Assembly (NCBI GenBank): GCA_964035545.1
Contig: OZ037765.1
Location: forward strand, 9,930,698-9,994,697
Length of the DNA: 64,000 bases
Direction: 5' to 3'
Source: Bugula neritina
Lineage: Eukaryota > Animalia > Bryozoa
Every line of letters begins with the position of its first letter. The first letter of the stretch is position 1. Both the position numbers and the translations under genes were made by a program. This document shows, in pieces, positions 21,801 through 64,000 of this stretch. The notes below the pieces were generated by a model. That model was not told the origin of the DNA. It saw only the letters and a list, made by a program, of their open reading frames with translations, and searched no databases.

Positions 21801-24719
21801 CTAAACTAATAAACTTCCGTTGTTTTGGACCTTTCAAGCATGCACACAAGCTTCAAGAACTAGTCTTATATGAAGTAAGCTAAGGATGATGCATATGTAC
21901 AGACTGCATGTAATAAAGTAATTAGACGTCATTCTATAGTTTATACGAACAGGGGTAGTTAAGGATTTAAAGTATAGTTCACATAAGAAGCAGTGAACAA
22001 GCTACTAAAATTAGTGTGCTCAAAAGAAATACAATGAATATTTCAGCAAACTAAAATTTAATAGAGTAAAAATGTATGCAAACATTGAAAAGCAAAATTG
22101 GGAAAAGTTGCAGGATAAAATGTAACGGTTTAAAGGACTGTAAAAGTAGCAAATAAAGTTTTACCATTATATCCTGGCCTAGCTGCAAAAGGAGATTAGT
22201 TTCAAATGCTAAATTTATGCAACATTTATAATTATTAGATTTCAAAGACATGCATATTAAACTTCAAGTATTAACTGCTAAAATTCAATCTCTTAAAAGC
22301 AATAATTGTTAATTCTTTTCAATCCTTATAATTGTGTGTACTCAACTTGGGCTCAATTATAGAGTATTCTATTTCAGCCAAATCATTGATACTAAAAAAG
22401 TCTATTATATATAAGGACATTTTCTAAGTCGTGTGGTTTTCATGAATTATAACAAAATTCAGCAAAACATTAATATATCAAATATCTGCGTTTGTACCAT
22501 GTACGCTTTATAACTGCACGTGCAAGTTGAATAAATGAATTTTCATAGTAAATTATTGAAAATAGTTGCTTCAATTGCGATTATAGCACTTTCATTGTGA
22601 GAAACCTCAGTCTCTTTGTTTTAGTCACAGCTTGCATCATCAAAAATCAATACAAATCACTTTGATATCATTTGATTATTCTTTAGCCATGCTAATGAAT
22701 AGTTAGCTAAATTTGATAATGCGTACAGCGGCCATGATTTTAAGCGATATGTGAAACCGGGCAGTACTTTTCATGTGTAGCAAGCCAACAAACAATCACT
22801 TGTAGGCAATTCGCATGTTTAACAATAATCATAGTTGATAGAAGAGGTCATGAAGTTCAGACATACTTGCATCAGCATTATGTCTTCCCACATCTGCTGG
22901 TTTGCATAGAATTCAGCCCGCATTTCTTCCACTAACGAATGCCAGTGTTGAGAAACTTTACCACAGTTGAACAGCGTAGCTTCGTCAAGAAACCCCAGAA
23001 TACATTTTGACAGATGAACTGGTAATTCTTTTATGAAGTCTCGGTACCTATTAGTTTAAGCATAACCGACAAACCATATGGAATAGATTTTAAAAATAAA
23101 TACTTGACATGTATATAAACTAAAATATTGTCATCAATGTTTTCCAGTATAGCAAACTAGTAATAATTGAGTACAGCCTTCTTGTCAATCTTATAACAAT
23201 ATCAAAAGAACTGAAAAGAATATAAACATTTGTATTAATAAGTAGTCTACATAATTATTCTACTGCTTTCATTGTTGATGTTTAATCAAAATTCTATAAC
23301 TGTTTCAATTATCAATATTTCTGACATGTTTTATCAAAACTTGAGACACTTTAATAAAAACAAGCTTAATTGGTTTATATCCACTCCAGCAAGTTCTATT
23401 CAAACATATGAAATGAAAATGCTTTATTCATGATATACTAAATGGTAACAAATAATATAATTAATTTTCAATACTTCATTTAACTTAGCATCACACATTG
23501 ATTGCACTCAGTTTAAAGGCTTGTTTATTACAAGGAACATTACTTGAGTTAATTTCAGTTGCAGTCAGCTTTTACTTGCAGACATCACATTCACAAAGTT
23601 GATCTCTTTGCCAACTTTTCATCATTTAATATACTTGTACTGCATATTAGTAAGGGAATGTTTGTAAGCATGTAGAAGTTTACGTTAGATAATTCCTGAT
23701 ACATTGTTAGAAAGTAATGACAATTATAATATAATAGTAATTCACCTTGTTACTCCAACTAAAGCTTTTTCACTGCCCGGAGCAATAAACAGAGTAGGAT
23801 CTTCCACCTCTCCTTCACTAGAATCATTAATAATATCTCCAACAGCGTCTACTTTACGACTTCGCTTTACATTAGCGCTGTTGACCCTGTAGCCTGGTAT
23901 AGGTAGCTTCATTAGTTCTGGAGCAGTACGGGTACTAGAACCAGCGCTACTGTATCTTGACATGGCAGCCGCAGAACTTACTCTACTAGAATGGTGTAAA
24001 TCTAAAACATGAAACTTGCTTATAAAATTTAGTACTTTATAAAGCTATGCCATAAGAAATACACTGCAGTATTTTTTATGGACAAAATGTATCATACAAA
24101 CAGAGTCATTAAAAAAATGTCACTCTAATAAAGAATTAGTTGAAAAACAAATAAACTACTTTATAATACCTCTTTGAGTCAATGCTTTAATTTCTGAAGA
24201 GAGAAGTGTTTTTGCATGGTTTCCAACCATAAAAAGAAGATGAATTTCACAAAACTTGAAGAGACCGAGCAAAAAGTTACTTTTTGTCCAGTAGTTACTA
24301 GAAAGAAACCAGTTCCAGGTGTGCTTGATACTTAAATCAATATCATTCATAGAAAGAGCTCTGTCAGACGACGCCTGCGCCGTGTCGGTTTGCAGACTTG
24401 GTACGCTTCTGTTTCTAGCATAAGTAAAATCTTTAGAAATAAGAGGCTTTAGTAGTTGGACAGTGTATTTTAAAAGGTCAACACTATGAAACCTCTGAAC
24501 AATCCCCATAAGAAACTTTTTCTTCACTTGATGGCTGCACCTCCAAAACCAGTTTTTAGTAGAAAGTATGCTCTGTGCTAACAAACACGATTCGCATTCA
24601 CCACAGTCTTGATCCTCCAACAAACTCGCACATCGAAGTTCCGCAGCTTTACCCACATTAAACTCATAATACTCCGAGTTTCTGTCCAGCAGAATGTCTT
24701 CACAAAATACTGTCTCCAT
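15803..24719 (-). CDS. FBXW10: F-box/WD40 protein FBXW10 (CDRT1)-like, about 1095 aa, 11 coding exons
   Basis: Phase-consistent GT-AG exons: 24719-24170, 24001-23746, 23047-22867 (F-box DFIKELPVHLSKCILGFLD...VSQHW), 21672-21428 (MEERNLFCGSYNV), 20973-20773, 20216-20089, 19713-19565, 19252-19110, 18580-18422 (WD40: GH...TGSFDTSIRKWD, GAEDGRVRIWN), 18071-17803, 16809-15803. Total 3288 nt, a multiple of 3. The family was recognised from memory. Confidence 0.88.
21154..21221. repeat. Near-perfect 68-bp palindrome in an FBXW10 intron
   Basis: TATTGGCTATGTGCAGGCAATTTATATATGTG-CTAG-TACATATATAAATTGCCTGCACATATCCAATA; two imperfect pairs. Confidence 0.9.
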
Positions 24720-26084
24720 CTGAAAAAAATGTGTAAACAAATACTTATAAACCCGCAAAAAAATTTAAATTGAATGCAAGTTAACTGTGCAGTGCAGCTA
24801 CTTGTTATGACTAATGCATACAAAATATTTAGCTTTACATGATCAACATAATGTAAAGTTTGTTTTATAGAAAGTTAAATAATCATACAATGGAATACCT
24901 AATCTTTCACCATTTAAAATAAGACTCTGTCTAATTTTTAGCTGTAAAAAGAAAAAAAAATACTGAATTTATAGAGAAAATATTTTACAACAGTTAAACA
25001 TTTTCACACAAATAAATAAAACATTATAGAAAAACAATATAGAATTTAACTAACTTCCGCATTTTATTGTTTATCTTTACTAACTTGTTTATTATGTTTT
25101 AATAGAAAATTATTATAACTAAATGAATTGAACCACATTTTTTTCTAAAATAGGAATTTAATAATTCCTTTACTAAATGCTTTTTTTACAAATAGAGACA
25201 CACATACACTGTGTTTAAACTCATTGATTACTAAAACAACAAAGATTAGAACAAAAAGTTTTAGCTGCTTATATTGTGAAATTTTGCTTTTGATGAGGCT
25301 TAAATCTCAAAAACTTATAATTTTAATATAGTTTCAGTAGTTTCATAAATTGACATATCTTTAGTGTAATTCCAATCTGCAATTTTTAAAAAGAAAAAAA
25401 CAAATTAAATATATATATATATCTATACTCAAACTTTCAGAGTACTACAAGACAAAATGTTAGGTATATAATGACTTTTTTTACTAAATCAAACTAGCAA
25501 TTTATATTATTACAGCTGGGTTCAAGCAACTTTGACTTGAGTACTTATTAACTACAGTATTCAATTTCTTTTGATGGAAGTTGACTTCAACAACTTTACC
25601 TGCTCACCAGATTGACATAACCTTAGAATTTTAAATAACTACAGCAAACTATTGGAAATTGAGAAAATGCAAATCTAAAGTTATTATTCAGTTTTTATTA
25701 TTTAAAGCTATTCAAATAATCCTGATAATTAAATTATTTTTAATAAAATACATTATAATACTGTCATACTCATAGTCATAGTGATACTGATAGTGATAAC
25801 TGATAAGTGATAGGTCACTACCATATTCATAGTGATAATAATAATATTAATATTTATATACTATATAGGTTACAAGACGATACTTAAGTTGTACAAAAAA
25901 ATAGACTAGACAACAAATAAAAACAATAAATTTTATTTTTATTGTCCTCAATTTAATATAAACCGAGTCCAATTTTTATAATCCGTATTTCACTATTCTT
26001 TATTATGCGTTTATTATACTTTCATCAATCAATGAGTGAATTCACAATAAAAGCCATTGAAAACATTAAGGGCTAGTTCCTGAC

Positions 26085-26098
26085 GTTTCTATAGTAAT
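26085..26098. promoter_or_regulatory. Candidate RFX X-box in the FBXW10/DNAH3 divergent promoter region
   Basis: GTTTCTATAGTAAT resembles GTTNCYATRGYAAC and overlaps TGACGT. A second X-box-like ATTGCTAGGTAGC lies at 26333-26345. Confidence 0.45.
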
Positions 26099-26454
26099 CA
26101 TTGATGTCTTCATGAATAAAAATGTTATTGTTATCAATAGCTGTGAATGGCACAGAGGACTTTTTTTGGTTTTCTAAGGCTATAGCTCTGTGAAAAATTT
26201 ATTTTAATGCAAAATAATAACAAAAGATTTGTTAATGTATTTTTAAATTATTTTGTTGTTATAAATTTAAAACTAAACAATAAAATTTTAAACTTTTTAA
26301 AGTGTTTCTAAAAATTAAATTTTGAGACTATAATTGCTAGGTAGCGAGTACCCGGATAATCAACTAATGGCTCACTATCTGCCATGATTCTGGTATATAC
26401 ATGCGAGTAATGGTTTTTATTTATTTAGACATTTAATCTCTGCAACAAAGTATC

Positions 26455-63716
<37,262 letters not shown>

Positions 63717-64000
63717 GTATGTGTTTATCTGTAAATATTGCAGAGTTGAGAAGTTTCTTATGTTTTAGTGAACATGCATAGAAATAGAATGCCTAGCATT
63801 TACTGAAATGTGATCATGCTTCATATTAATTTAAAACATTAGATTATATCAACATCTAGTTACAACAATTTCTCAAAAATTAATATTTAAATTTTTGAGT
63901 ATTTTTTGTTAAATTTCTTTTCCACTTGGTGTAAACTGTGCAGTAGTGTTGCATGTGGTTTATGACAATTGACATTGACTGTAATTTAATACTAGCTGAT

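Overview
AT-rich, intron-dense metazoan (invertebrate-like) genomic DNA. Left to right: (1) a decayed Tc1-type transposon cut by the window edge (1-846, minus). (2) A 5261-bp Ty3/Gypsy-type LTR retroelement (1829-7089) with two 352-bp LTRs that are identical by eye, a CTAT target-site duplication, a tRNA-Leu-type PBS and a PPT. It encodes an intact Gag and a -1-frameshifted pol-derived ORF that keeps the protease and the integrase HHCC finger but has lost RT, RNase H and the integrase core. It also carries an apparently spliced third ORF encoding a two-zinc-finger/leucine-zipper/basic protein that is not an Env. (3) An unidentified, largely low-complexity protein gene of about 829 aa with an N-myristoylation motif (8991-14624, plus). 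(4) An 11-coding-exon FBXW10-like gene (15803-24719, minus). (5) Head-to-head with it, an axonemal dynein heavy chain DNAH3 ortholog (26455 to >63716, plus; about 67 exons seen, runs off the window). The introns carry a tRNA-derived SINE family, CTAG-flanked MITEs, fold-back elements and micro/minisatellites. The best candidate for an undescribed system is the young non-autonomous LTR element with its spliced accessory zinc-finger gene. All calls were made by eye; no database searches were run.
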